Source of the DNA: Macrostomum lignano
Taxonomy: Eukaryota
Length of the DNA: 64,000 bases
NCBI GenBank assembly: GCA_002269645.1
Contig: NIVC01001785.1
Location: forward strand, 124,001-188,000
Direction of reading: 5' to 3'
The translations under genes were made by a program, and so were the position numbers. The notes beneath the pieces are model-generated. The model ran no database searches. It worked only from the letters and a program-made list of their open reading frames with translations, and was not told where the DNA came from. Positions 28,317 to 40,357 of this stretch are shown piece after piece; positions within the stretch are counted from its first letter, which is position 1, and each line of letters starts with the position of its first letter.

Positions 28317-31300
28317 TTAGCCAGAGGAGTCATCGGTTCGGGGCGGTGGCTTAGCCTTGAACCAGGCCCAGTACGCCAGAGCCCCTGCTTCGTTGTTCCA
28401 CAGGTCCGAGAGACAGGAGATGGCGTACTTTTGTCTGGTCCAGTAGGTGGCCGGTCAGTCGCAGACATGTTTGGTCGCCTCCGCTTTGGTGTCGCACTGT
28501 CTGCAGGGACCAGCTTGCTGCCTGATTTCCCTAATGGGGCGCGAGGCGGCCACCTACAGAGAATGCCCGGTTCTGAAACGCCTAAAACTGACCGCCTCGG
28601 CCCTGGATTTGAACGTGGCCTCGTTACCTCTATTTAGCCCATTTAGGCACGGATGGTCGTTTTGCAGCAGGCGTCGGCGCTGCGCAGCACAATAGCAGCG
28701 CTGCCTCCTTGGCCTTCATTGCTTACCGAGCCGTCGGTGAAAATGGTGAGATCGGTACCTTCTATGACTCTCAATGCCGACAATGTCACAATGTCGACTC
28801 CCTTGGCTTTGTTGTCTTCAACAGTTTCGAGGCGTGTTTCTTCGATGCTGCAGTGCACCTCTCTTTAACTGCTCCATGGTGGTTCCTACTGAGTCTCTTT
28901 GATTTTGGGGATATTCAGCATATCTGTATTCTTAAGTTCCTCCATGGCCTTTCTTCTCCAGCAACATTTCTTCAGTCTTTGTGGGATGTCCATGGTTGCA
29001 AGCTCTCTGCGCAGTGTGCCGGGTTCAGTGCGGCTCATGCGGTCCCACTTGGCCGCCCAGAGCATCCGACAGTAGGGTTCCAGGTCCGGGAGCTCGGATT
29101 CCAACCTGACAGCCTCCACCGGAGTCGTGGCCATTAAGCCCGCGATGATGCGTCCGGCTGCCCTTTGTCCTACTTCCAGGCGTCTCCAATGCTCCTTGCT
29201 GATCCAGGGAGTCCAAGCTGGTGCACCATAGGAGTGCCATAGCAGGTCGGAGTGCCATCCCCAGTCTGTTCCAGCGAGCTTGCGCAGGAAATTGAGTCTT
29301 TTCCTGCATTCTGTAATGAGGTTGCTGGTGTGTTGCCGAGAAATTGAGGGCTCGATGGTAAGTGATACCGAGGAATTTGGGGTTATCCTCCCATTTCCGC
29401 GTCTGGCCTTTGAGTTGCACTCCAGTCGTTTGGTCTAGTTTGATCTTCGGATTGGATGTGAAGAGCGAGATAGTGCACTTCTCTGTCGCTATTGACATTT
29501 TCCATCTCCGGCTCCATTCTTCAATGATCGTGGCGATGGGTTGGATCTTTTTGGTCGCTTCCGCAAGGTCCATTGCTCCGGTCCAGGTCGCGAGGTCGTC
29601 CGCGAAGCTCGTTGACCTGCGCATGTTTTTCGATTCCGCGGAGCAGGTCGTCAATGAATAAGACGAACAGGATGGGGGAGAGGGCCGATCCTTGCGGCAG
29701 CCCCCGGGTGAACAGTTTCATTTTGCTGTCAGCGTCCCCCACGCGGGCGCAGGCTAGCCTGTTTGCCAGCCAGCCTTGTACCCAGCGAACGATTCGGTGG
29801 CAGATACCAATTTCGCACATCTTATTCAGGAGCCCGTCGAGCCACACTTTGTCAAGCGCTCTCTCGAAGTCTATCAAGAGAAGAAGAGTGACAAGTTTGC
29901 GTTGCATGTTGTCGTCTATTCCCTGTGATAGTCTGAGAAGCTGGTCTTCAGTAGATCGTCCAGGCCTGGAGCCCACTTGGCTGTCACTCAGGCCACCGAT
30001 CTTTTCCAGGTAGTGTCTCAGTCTTTTCACTACGATCTTTTCCAGCCATTTACCAAGGCACGATAGAAGGCTGATTGGCCGGTATGATCCCACCTGGAAT
30101 GATCCGAGCAGTTCTCCAGTTTTGCGGGAGATGTGCTGTCTCTAAGGATTTGTTAAACATGTTGCAGCAGAATATCCAGGCCTTATTCCGGGAGGTTCTT
30201 TAGCAGGCTCGGGTTGGGCAGGTCTCTTCCCGCTGCGCGCTTTCCGTCTATTTCGTCCAGTGCTTCTTTGACTTCATGCAGGGTGATATCCTGTCCGTGG
30301 TCTCGATGGCAGCTGATAACCCTCAGTTTTTTATTGAGGGTGTCCTTTTTCTTCCTTGAGGTCAATCCTGGCAAGTTTCCTTTCTGTCTTGTCAGCCGCC
30401 TTATCCCTGATGAGATCCATTGAGCTGACTCTGGAGTATTCTCTGATGAAGGCGCTGGCCTTGGCTCCATCTGTGGTGTGTAGCTGGCCATCGTGAGTGA
30501 GCGCTCTCCCTCCTTGATCTGTTTCTTTGCTCCCTTTGATTTTTTTGATAAGTTGCCACGTCCTTCCCGATGTAGCATTGTCCTCAAGGGTAGTTTTCCA
30601 CATATTTCCACATATATTCCAGGCCTCAAAGTCGGCTACTCTGAGTTGGCCTCTAGCTTCCATCTCTTCCTTGATCTCCTCGCTGATAATGAACTCATTG
30701 CGAGTGTGCCTGCATTTTAATCCCACAGCCTCTCTCGCAGCAGCTCCTATCACTATGCTTCCAAATTTTACCTCCGTCTGCGTCAGTGAGAGCTTATCGC
30801 GGAATTTAGTCCAGTCTGCTTTCCTAGTGCTCCAGCCGATGATTTTCCTTGTCTTGCAGTTCTTTGGTCTTTCGGTTTCTCCTGTTTGTTGGGAAGTGGT
30901 CGGAGCTAAGCTGTTTTCTGACCGTCCAGCTCCAGATCTGTTCTGTCGAGGTGTGGCAGATGGCGACATCCGGGGTGGAGTCTGTTTGACCTCGCAGCCC
31001 CTGTCTCGTGGGTCTGAGCGGCATCATGTTGTTGTCGTCGCACCACTCCACGATTGAGGTCTTCACCGCGTTTGTCAGCGGGCATATTGTTGTCCCAGGC
31101 TTCGCGGTGTGCGTTCCAGTCTCCTGCCAGCAGCCATTCTACCCCGATGGTATCTTCAGCAAGTCGGTGCTTCCGAATCTTGCCGTGTTTTCTGGTGGGA
31201 TGTAGATATTGGCGATCTTCCAGCGTTTTGCTTCGAGGAGTTCCACACATATCATCTGCGCTCCAGTTTCCTCGATAGCTTGATAGTTTTTGCTGAGTTC

Positions 31301-32268
31301 GCTGTATTTTATTCCTTTCTTGATGAGGGTGACGACACCGCCACCTCTAGCCATCTTGGACGTCATTATAGTCTGGGTCTGTCTCTTCTAGCGATTTCAT
31401 AACCTGGGATGTAGATTGGGCCGTCCTCGCTCCTGAGCTTCCTCTCCTGCAGCAGTGCAACGTCAATGTCGCGCTCTTGCAGGAACAGGCAGAGCTCCGG
31501 GATCTTGGCCTTGAGGTTGCCGCAGTTCCAGACCAAAATGTTTGTTTTGCTGTGTTGCTTAGATTGTCGCTGCACGCTGCTCTGGACGATCTTGGGGGGT
31601 TGGGGTGACTTAGGTTCTTTGCTGCATTATTGGAATTTCGGATTTCCTAAGGACTTCCAGCGTCTTTCTTGTTGTTGACTGGCAGCTCCGGCGCAAGTCC
31701 AGTGGACTAGTTTGTTGAATGTGCTGCAGCAGGCGCCCTGGCCTCTTTTCCGGTATCTATTACAATTTGCGCAGCGACCTTTGTGCTCTAGAAGCGCCTT
31801 CCTTGGCGTGTGCTGCGGGGTGGGCGGGATGCTGCCTGGAGAGGCAGGAGTGTTGGCCGCCTCCACCCTTCTGATTTTGTGGTTTCTTTAACTGCAGGCC
31901 TTCGCATATCCAGAGGTCAATCTTGCTCATTCTCCATCGGGAGATGATTGTGCAGGTTTTGTGCTAGCCAACCACATTTGGCTGCTTGCGTGTCCCTTCT
32001 TGAGCAGGTCTCTTCCCGCTGCGCGCTTTCCGTCTATTTCGTCCAGTGCTTTTTTGACTTCATGCTTGCTGCAAGAAGGGATGGTCTTGCAGCTGATATG
32101 ATTCATGGCTACATTGATGGCAGCGCTGAGTTGCTGGTTCTTCTTGGGTTTGCTACCACTGGGTGCGAACTTGCTCATCCCTTCAGTAAAGTCAACTAAC
32201 TTATTTAATTCAATATTGGAAGTTTTTTGCTTCCACACCATTTGATTTCAACCGATTCTGCGTCTTCC
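28317..32268 (-). mobile_element. Degenerate non-LTR retrotransposon, Ingi/I-group-like (PHD - APE endonuclease - RT - RNase H - CCHC)
   Basis: ILVWNCGNL...VALLQE and WLLAGDWNAH (APE). SYRPISLLSCLGKWLEK, LPQGSALSPILF and ADDL (RT). IFTDGSV (RNase H). CRQC-x7-H-x-C near the C-terminus. There are many frameshifts and stops. Confidence 0.92.
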
Positions 32269-32269
32269 T

Positions 32270-33575
32270 TGTTGTGTTGTTGTTGTGTTGTTGTTGTGAT
32301 GCTGTTGTGATGCTGTTGTGTTGCTGTCGTGTTGCTGTTGTGTTGCTGTTGTGTTGTTGTTGTGATGTTGTTGTGATGTTGTTGTGATGCTGTTGTGTTG
32401 TTGTTGTGATGTTGTGTTGTTGTGATGCTGTTGTGATGCTGTTGTGTTGCTGTTGTGTTGCTGTTGTGATGCTGTTGTGTTGCTGTTGTGTTGTTGTTGT
32501 GATGTTGTTGTGATGTTGTTGTGATGCTGTTGTGTTGTTGTTGTGATGTTGTTGTGATGTTGTTGTGATGTTGTTGTGATGCTGTTGTGTTGCTGTTGTG
32601 ATGCTGTTGTGTTGCTGTTGTGTTGTTGTTGTGATGTTGTTGTGATGTTGTTGTGATGCTGTTGTGTTGTTGTTGTGATGTTGTTGTGATGTTGTTGTGA
32701 TGTTGTTGTGATGCTGTTGTGTTGCTGTTGTGTTGCTGTTGTGATGCTGTTGTGATGCTGTTGTGTTGTTGTTGTGATGTTGTTGTGATGTTGTTGTGAT
32801 GCTGTTGTGTTGCTGTTGTGTTGCTGTTGTGATGCTGTTGTGATGCTGTTGTGATGCTGTTGTGATGCCGTTGTGATGCTGTTGTGATGTTGTTGTGTGT
32901 TGCTGTTGTGATGCTGTTGTGATGCTGTTGTGATGCTGTTGTGTTGCTGTTGTGATGCTGTTGTGATGCTGTTGTGTTGCTGTTGTGTTGCTGTTGTGAT
33001 GCTGTTGTGATGCTGTTGTGATGCTGTTGTGATGTTGTTGTGATGCTGTCGTGATACTGTTGTGATGCTGTTGTGATGCTGTTGTGATGCTGTTGTGATG
33101 CTGTTGTGATGCTGTTGTGATGCTGTTGTGATGTTGTTGTGATGCTGTTGTGATGCTGTTGTGATACTGTTGTGATGCTGTTGTGATGCTGTTGTGATGC
33201 TGTTGTGATGCTGTTGTGATGCTGTTGTGTTGCTGTTGTGATGCTGTTGTCGTGATGCTGTTGTGTTGCTGTTGTGATGCTGTTGTGATGCTGTTGTGTT
33301 GCTGTTGTGATGCTGTTGTGTTGCTGTTGTGATGCTGTTGTGATGCTGTTGTGTTGCTGTTGTGATGCTATTGTGATGCTGTTGTGTTGCTGTTGTGATG
33401 CTATTGTGATGCTGTTGTGTTGCTGTTGTGATGCTGTTGTGATGCTATTGTGATGCTGTTGTGTTGCTGTTGTGATGCTATTGTGATGCTGTTGTGTTGC
33501 TGTTGTGATGCTGTTGTGATGCTGTTGTGATGCTGTTGTGATGCTGTTGTGATGCTGTTGTGTTGCTGTTGCTGT
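32270..33575. repeat. 11-bp TGTTGTGATGC/TGTTGTGTTGC array, LINE 5' side
   Basis: Same repeat family and orientation as 27538-28316. Confidence 0.95.
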
Positions 33576-34024
33576 TTTGCTTTTATTCCGTTTTTTGAAT
33601 TTTTCTGCTTTTTCCCCAGACTTTCAGCAGAACAAGGAGCTCCACTTGACATGAAATGAAATCATGTCATGAAATCATGAAATCTGAATATGAAAATGCG
33701 GTCACAGGACAGGTCAATCCGACGCAAACTGATGAAAATTAATTTCCAATGCATTCTGAAAAAATGCCCGCACTAAGGGGCTCAAATTTGAGTATCAGAA
33801 AGCTTAATCAAAAAGACTGAGCACTGGGGATTTGAGAGCTGGGAAATTCTCCCCTATCAGCCCCGAAATGATGCGCGCTGATCTCAGTGGATAAAATCGA
33901 GCACTTGGGTTTTTGGCTTTCAGTCTCCGCGAGTTCCTCTGGGAAATGTGGCCGATTCGGTGCCCTATTCAAAGCCTCTTAAGTATTAAAGCATCACATA
34001 GAATTGGGATTCCCTATCTACAAA

Positions 34025-34257
34025 ATCAGAATTCCCAATCGCCAAAATCGGAATTCCCCATCACCAAAATCGGAATTCCCCATCACCAAGATCGGAATTC
34101 CCCATCGCCAAAATCGGAATTCAAATCACCAAAATCGGAATTCCCCATCACCAAAATCGGAATTCCCCATCACCAAGATCGGAATTCCCCATCACCAAAA
34201 TCGGAATTCCCCATCACCAAGATCGGAATTTCCCATCACCAAAATCGGAATTCCCCA
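34025..34257. repeat. 22-bp minisatellite
   Basis: Unit cggaattccccatcaccaaaat. Confidence 0.93.
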
Positions 34258-34268
34258 TGTCCGCAAAC

Positions 34269-34765
34269 CTCAAGCTCTGCCTCGGCCGCCTCAGTCTCGG
34301 CCTCGGCTGCCAGCGCAGGCGGCATGCGGATGAGCAGCAGGCGCGGCAGGGCCCTGAAGAACACCCGGCGCACCCAGGGCGCCATGACGCTGCCGTCGGG
34401 CGAGCGCCAGTGCACGTTGATGACAACCACGGTGGCCATGACGGACAGGGTCACCAGCGCCATGGTGAACAGCAGGTACTTCAGTATCAGCGGCACAACC
34501 CGCGATGTTGGCGGGCAAATGTCAAAGATCAGCCAGAAGAAGACGGTCAAGGAAACGAGGATGTTCACCGACAGGGACATTTTCTCGCCCGAGCTGCCGG
34601 GCAGGTAGAAGACGAGCACAGTGAGGAAGCTGATGGCCAGGCAGGGGCAGATGAGGTTCACCCCGTAGAACAGGGTCTTGCGGCGGATCCGCAGAGAGAA
34701 GGTCAGGTCCAAGTAGGGCTCCGGGCAGCAGCGGTACTTGGCGATGTTGCGACGGGCGGAGGCCT
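34269..34765 (-). CDS. nAChR alpha subunit exon 5 (loop C, TM1-TM3)
   Basis: [14 protein letters not shown] has the vicinal cysteines that define an alpha subunit. It continues [15 protein letters not shown]...GEKMSL...[10 protein letters not shown]. The 3' donor (gtttgc) is less certain. Confidence 0.93.
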
Positions 34766-34811
34766 CTGCGGAGTCGAGTTTACAACGTAATTCGACACGT
34801 TACTCGTAAAG

Positions 34812-35343
34812 AGTCACTCCAGAGAGAAGCGTCACTCCAGAGAGAAGAGTCACTCCAGAGAGAAGCGTCACTCTAGAGAGAAGAGTCACTCCAGAGAGAA
34901 GCGTCACTCTAGAGAGAAGCGTCACTCCAGAGAGAAGAGTCACTCCAGAGAGAAGCGTCACTCTAGAGAAAAGCGTCACTCCAGAGAGAAGCGTCACTCC
35001 AGAGAGAAGCGTCACTCTAGAGAGAAGCGTCACTCCAGAGAGAAGCATCACTCCAGAGAGGCGTCACTCCAGACAGAAGCGTCACTCCAGACAGAAGCGT
35101 CACTCCAGACAGAAGCGTCACTCCAGACAGAAGCGTCACTCCAGACAGAAGCGTCACTCCAGAGAGAAGCGTCACTCCAGAGAGGCGTCACTCCAGACAG
35201 AAGCGTCACTCCAGACAGAAGCGTCACTCCAGACAGAAGCGTCACTCCAGACAGAAGCGTCACTCCAGACAGAAGCGTCACTCCAGACAGAAGCGTCACT
35301 CCAGACAGAAGCGTCACTCCAGACAGAAGCGTCACTCTAGACA
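34812..35343. repeat. 18-bp minisatellite
   Basis: Unit cactccagagagaagcgt. Confidence 0.96.
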
Positions 35344-35379
35344 AGCGTCGCCCCTCAAAGGTCACTCCGGGGCCCTCAC

Positions 35380-35699
35380 CCAGGATGTCCCATTCGCCGT
35401 TCTCCACAAACTGGCTGAGATCGACCGCATAGTCAATGAAGGCCTGGCAGTTGTCAAAGTTCACCCGCCGGTTCAGCAGCGCCTCCTCCATCTGGGCCAC
35501 GTGACGCAGGTCGATCAGGAATCCGTTGTGAGTCCAGGTGCCGAGTTTCAGGGTGCAGTTCTGCGTGTCGAACGGGAAAAACTCCACGTCAATGTCGCAC
35601 TGGCTCTTGAATATTATGGGCGGCTTCCACTGCACCGTGCCGTCCGAGAACACGCTGACTTTGTTGGCCGAACTGCGCAGGTCCCAGTCACCTCCGGCA
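35380..35699 (-). CDS. nAChR alpha subunit exon 4 (Cys-loop, loop B, extended loop F)
   Basis: WKPPIIFKSQCDIDVEFFPFDTQNCTLKLGTWTHNG...EWDIL, containing the C-x13-C Cys-loop. Confidence 0.96.
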
Positions 35700-35855
35700 C
35701 TGCGGGTGACATTTTGCACATTTTGGGTAGGGGTTCAGAGTGACATTGTGAGCAATTATCGGAAGCGTTAGTAATTTGAGAGACATTTCAAGACCTAATC
35801 TCATTTTTAGCACACGGGAAGCTCTAAAAAACAGTGAATCGCAAGATTGTCTCAC

Positions 35856-36010
35856 TTGTTGTAGAGCACCAAATCTGGAGTCCAGATCTGCTCGGATGGG
35901 ATGTGCATCACCCGGATGTTGTCGTAGCTGGCCGGATCCCAGATAAAATTTGGATCGTGCCACTGCTGGAAGACCCACATGTTCAGCGTGACGATTTGAT
36001 TTTTCTCGTC
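35856..36010 (-). CDS. nAChR alpha subunit exon 3 (loops D and A)
   Basis: [19 protein letters not shown]...[10 protein letters not shown] with canonical splice sites. Confidence 0.94.
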
Positions 36011-36069
36011 CTGGCAATGAAAATTGTTCGTGCGAGTACTGAGCCCGCGTTCATTCAGCTGGGTGAGAG

Positions 36070-36506
36070 ATTGAGGGTTTGGGGTGGGGCAGGCACCCAG
36101 GCCTGAGAGGGGTTTGGGGTGGGGCAGGCACCCAGGCCTGAGAGGGGTTTGGGGTGGGGCAGGCACCCAGGCCTGAGAGAGCGAGGGGTTTGAAGTGGGG
36201 CAGTCCATAGGTCTGAGAGAGTGAGGGGTTTGGGGTGGGGCAGGCACCCAGGCCTGAGAGAGCGAGGGGTTTGGGGTGGGGCAGGCACCCAGGCCTGAGA
36301 GAGTGAGGGGTTTGGGGTGGGGCAGGCACCCAGGCCTGAGAGAGCGAGGGGTTTGGGGTGGGGCAGGCACCAGGCCTGAGAGAGTGAGGGGTTTGGGGTG
36401 GGGCAGGCACCCAGGCCTGAGAGAGCGAGGGGTTTGGGGTGGGGCAGGCACCCAGGCCTGAGAGAGTGAGGGGTTTGGGGTGGGGCAGGCACCCAGGCCT
36501 GAGAGA
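36070..36506. repeat. ~41-bp G-rich minisatellite
   Basis: Unit ggggtttggggtggggcaggcacccaggcctgagagagcga. Confidence 0.95.
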
Positions 36507-36536
36507 GTTGCATCTGCGGCCAGATCAGACGCTCAC

Positions 36537-36682
36537 CACATCGAGAATCTGCACGAGGCTGAGGTTCATGTACAGCAGGATCGGCTGGCTGTGATTGGTC
36601 ACTGGCCGCACGTAGGATTTGTAGACGGTGGGATTCAACAGGCGGTTGAACAATCGCTTGGCGTCGGACATGCTGTTGGAGG
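36537..36682 (-). CDS. nAChR alpha subunit exon 2
   Basis: SNSMSDAKRLFNRLL...YVRPVTNHSQPILLYMNLSLVQILDV|gtgag, the typical N-terminal helix and beta1 strand. Confidence 0.9.
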
Positions 36683-38004
36683 CTGAGCAAAGTTATTTGG
36701 AAAGGGAGACTTGACAGAGAAGGCAATAAAGTGAGATTTGCTGGGTTTAAAAAGCGCAAAAACAGCTATTGGGAACACAGTCTTATCTAATAATAATAGT
36801 GGTGTTTGTGGGAAATAGGAGCTTGGGATATGGGGTATGGAAAGTTTAGAGTGTGTGGGGTATGAGTTGTGTGCAATGTGTTGGGTATGGGGAATGTGGA
36901 GTATGTGGGGTATGTGGGATAGTAAAGTGTGGGGAGTTGTGGGCACGAGGGGAAGGAAGGCAGTGTCAGTAGAATGAAGCTGGAGGGAGTGGCAGAGGGC
37001 TGAGTGGGAGGAAGTTAGAGACTAGCGGCTAAGGCCTGGGATTAGTCGGTGAGTCCGAAGGAAACTCCAAGGTAATTAGTATTTAATTAGTTGCGGGACA
37101 GGTTCCCCCAGGTCGAGCCTGGCAATTGCCTGTAGCTCCGCAGCAGAAACAAAGTTGGCTGCCTACTTGAGGAGGCGGGAGTCGGAAAAGTGGACCCCAG
37201 GCAGCTGAAGAGAATGCCAGAGAAAAGGCCAGGCCAGGTGTTTGCTCGAAAAGCACCCGGGGATCCGCGGAGTTGACTCAGGGCAGGCGGAACTAAATGA
37301 GAATTCGTTTAAGCCCCGCCAGCCTCCCTGCTCCCCCTGTTGCCGTGGCTGGCGTCGCATCGCGAGCTGAGGAAGGGGAGAAATATCCCAATAACACGGC
37401 AGAGACCATGCAGTGTTTCAGTTGGCCCTGGAATATTCCACCGAAATGCAAATGAAACAGGTGAGCTGGAAGCCATTAAGGCTTTTTTCCACTAGCTCGT
37501 ATGCTTTTTCTGTTCAGGAAATGCAAGGCCTGCAGACTGGGATGCATCTGCTGCACTGTGCTGAAGGGGCAGAGATTGTCTGCTTTCACAAGCAATATAC
37601 CGATCAATCGTATATGGGCTATCTCACTCTCTATAACCACAGTGCCGTTTAAAGACTTAAATATTACTCCAAGTTAACGGCGATTAAAAGTACATTTAGA
37701 CTACACTGTGTGTAGGTTAAAAGACAGCTAGGTCCCGAGCTGGTTGAAGCGCAGTGCACATGGCCAAGCAGAGAGGCTGCGGGCTACAGCGGGGCCGTGC
37801 CAATCAATGATTTGCTCTGTCTGAGTCTTTTGATTATGCCTGTCCCTGAAGACTTTCTCAGCGGAACGGCTCTGGGCCTCTTCTTTTTCGAGATTAAAGA
37901 GGAGCAGGCGCGCTATCAAATTCCCCACCTATGGATTGCCACACCTTGATCTCATGCTGCACTCCCCCGATTGTACTCCGAGTGACCTCACTCGCCTTAT
38001 CTGA

Positions 38005-38200
38005 CTGACCTCACTGTGACTGACCTCACTGTGACAGATCTCACTGTGACAGATCTCACTGTGACAGATCTCACTGTGACAGATCTCACTGTGACAGATC
38101 TCACTGTGACAGATCTCACTGTGACAGATCTCACTGTGACAGATCTCACTTTGACTGACCTCGCTGTGACAGATCTCACTGTGACAGATCTCACTGTGCC
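38005..38200. repeat. 15-bp minisatellite (nAChR intron 1)
   Basis: Unit cactgtgacagatct. Confidence 0.95.
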
Positions 38201-38310
38201 TGGCCTCGCTGTGTCTGTCACTGTTGGAACTCACCTGATCTCACTCTATATGAGCACTATGCAGAAGCGGGTTATCATGCAATCAGAAGACAGGCGGCAA
38301 TTCATCTCAC

Positions 38311-38371
38311 CGTTGACGCCGCTCAGACACAGGCTGAGGCCGGCGGTCACCAGAAGCAGCTGCAGTTTCAT
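38311..38371 (-). CDS. nAChR alpha subunit exon 1 (signal peptide)
   Basis: MKLQLLLVTAGLSLCLSGVN-g|gtgaga is a hydrophobic leader, and its phase-1 donor matches the next exon. Confidence 0.75.
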
Positions 38372-38789
38372 CAACTCCAGATAAGGACTCCGAGAATCTT
38401 CTTATCTCCCGGAGCCTTGAAAAATTTATACTGCTCTCAAATGCTAATGCTGTCGGCTTTATACCCCACACAGCACTGACAGATCCCCGTTATCAGCGCC
38501 CAGCCAATCGCTTGCAAGTGGGAAATGAGGGACTCCAGGATCGATCCCGGCTCCACACCGCTGGACTGTCGCTCCCGCATGCTGTTGTTGCTTTCAATTT
38601 CCTGCACATTTTCAGCTCGGCCAGAATGAGATCTGGCTGCCGCATGGCCTATTGGAATAAAATTGTTCCGCCTGTTTGCAGCAGTATCGATTGCGACTTG
38701 CTAGCTGGCTGACCAACCATGCGTGCTGATCAGCCATCTTCCTGACGGCTTCACCGTATTAGCGATTTCAAATTCCCACTTTCTTCTTA

Positions 38790-39510
38790 CCCATCTGATC
38801 TCAATCTCTTATTTAATATCTCTCCAATCTCACCCCACTCTTATCTGATCTCCTCATCCAATCTCAACTCACTCCTTTTTATCTGTTCTCCTCATCCAAT
38901 CTCATCTCACTCTTTTTTATCTGATCTCCTTATCCAATCTCATCTGACTCTTTTTATCTGATCTCCTTATCCAATCTCATCTCACTCTTTTTATCTGATC
39001 TCCTCATCCCATCTCACCTCACTCTTTTTTATCTGATCTCCTCATCCAATCTCATTTCACTTTTTATCTGATCTCCCCATCCAATCTCATCTCACTCTTT
39101 TATCTGATCTCCTCATCCAATCTCACCTCCCTCTTTTTATCTGATCTCCTCATCCAATCTCATCTCGCTCTTTTTATCTGATCTCCTCATCCAATCTCAC
39201 CTCCCTCTTTTATCTGATCTCCTCATCCAATCTCATCTCACTCTTTTTTTATCTGATCTCCTCATCCAATCTCATCTCACTTTTTATCTGATCTCCCCAT
39301 CCAATCTCACCTCACTCTTTTTTATCTGATCTCATCAAATCTCATCTCACTCTTTTTATCTGATCTCCCCATCCAATCTCATCTCACTCTTTTTATCTGA
39401 TCTCCTCATCCCATCTCACCTCACTCTTTTTTATCTGATCTCCTCATCCAATCTCACCTCACTTTTTATCTGATCTCCCCATCCAATCTCACCTCACTCT
39501 CTTATTTAAT
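38790..39510. repeat. ~37-bp pyrimidine-rich minisatellite between brahma and nAChR
   Basis: Unit ctcactctttttatctgatctcctcatccaatctcat. Confidence 0.93.
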
Positions 39511-40357
39511 CTCACTTTTTATCTATCTGGTCACAATCTACTATCTGATCTCACTCTTCGGTCTCATCTCACTCCAATCTAACTCACCCATCTGATCTCA
39601 ATGTCCTATTGGATTTCTTAATGAAAATAAGGAAGCACTTTATATATAAAACTTTGTTTTTATCTGATTTAAGTTATGAATAGCCAGTACACAGTGACAC
39701 AGTAAGTACAGACGTGTTGACTTATATTTAGATATGTTATATAGTAATAACAATTATTATTACTACTAAACACACACACACACACACACACACCGAAAGA
39801 GAATGAGGTGTGTGTTTAATCACATAATAAACAGGTAAAAACAGATTCGCGTATAACAAACCAAAATTTGAAGAGGATATACACACGCAAAACTGCTAAA
39901 TATGTTATTGTTACTGTTGCTACTGTTATAATAACAATATGAACAAAGCAAAAAATTGCGATTTCTCTTTATTATTATTAGCTCGCTAAGAAGCGGGACC
40001 ATATTTTAATTAAAAAATTTTCAATATACCAACAATATACTCGTACTAGTAAAGCATATAAACACGCTCACGGGGGTTAACAGAACTTATGGCTATGAAT
40101 CTTTTTTATTAAAAAAAGCAACAGACAAAGTGCTATTTTTATAACAAGCAAATATATGATGCAATGTATCGGGTCGATCATAGAGAGACGGGCAATGACA
40201 ACAAAAAGTGATTTATAGGGAACGAGTGAATATTAATATGCATTCGTGTGCACTGTGCAGCAAGAGTTACAAATAAAGTAACATTAATAGACAGCTTTAA
40301 ATAACTTTAATCAGTATTATTATTAGTCATTGTCATGATTGACCACTCAAAAGTCAA

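Noticed and set aside
27494-28637. Cys/Val/Leu-rich and Gln/Thr-rich ORFs
   Set aside because: They are translations of TGT/CAA low-complexity repeat.
37167-37300. Alternative nAChR signal-peptide exon (WPGLFSGILFSCLG..., phase-1 donor gtaggc)
   Set aside because: There is no in-frame ATG after an upstream stop, and 38311-38371 is a better leader exon. It cannot be fully excluded as a cassette exon.
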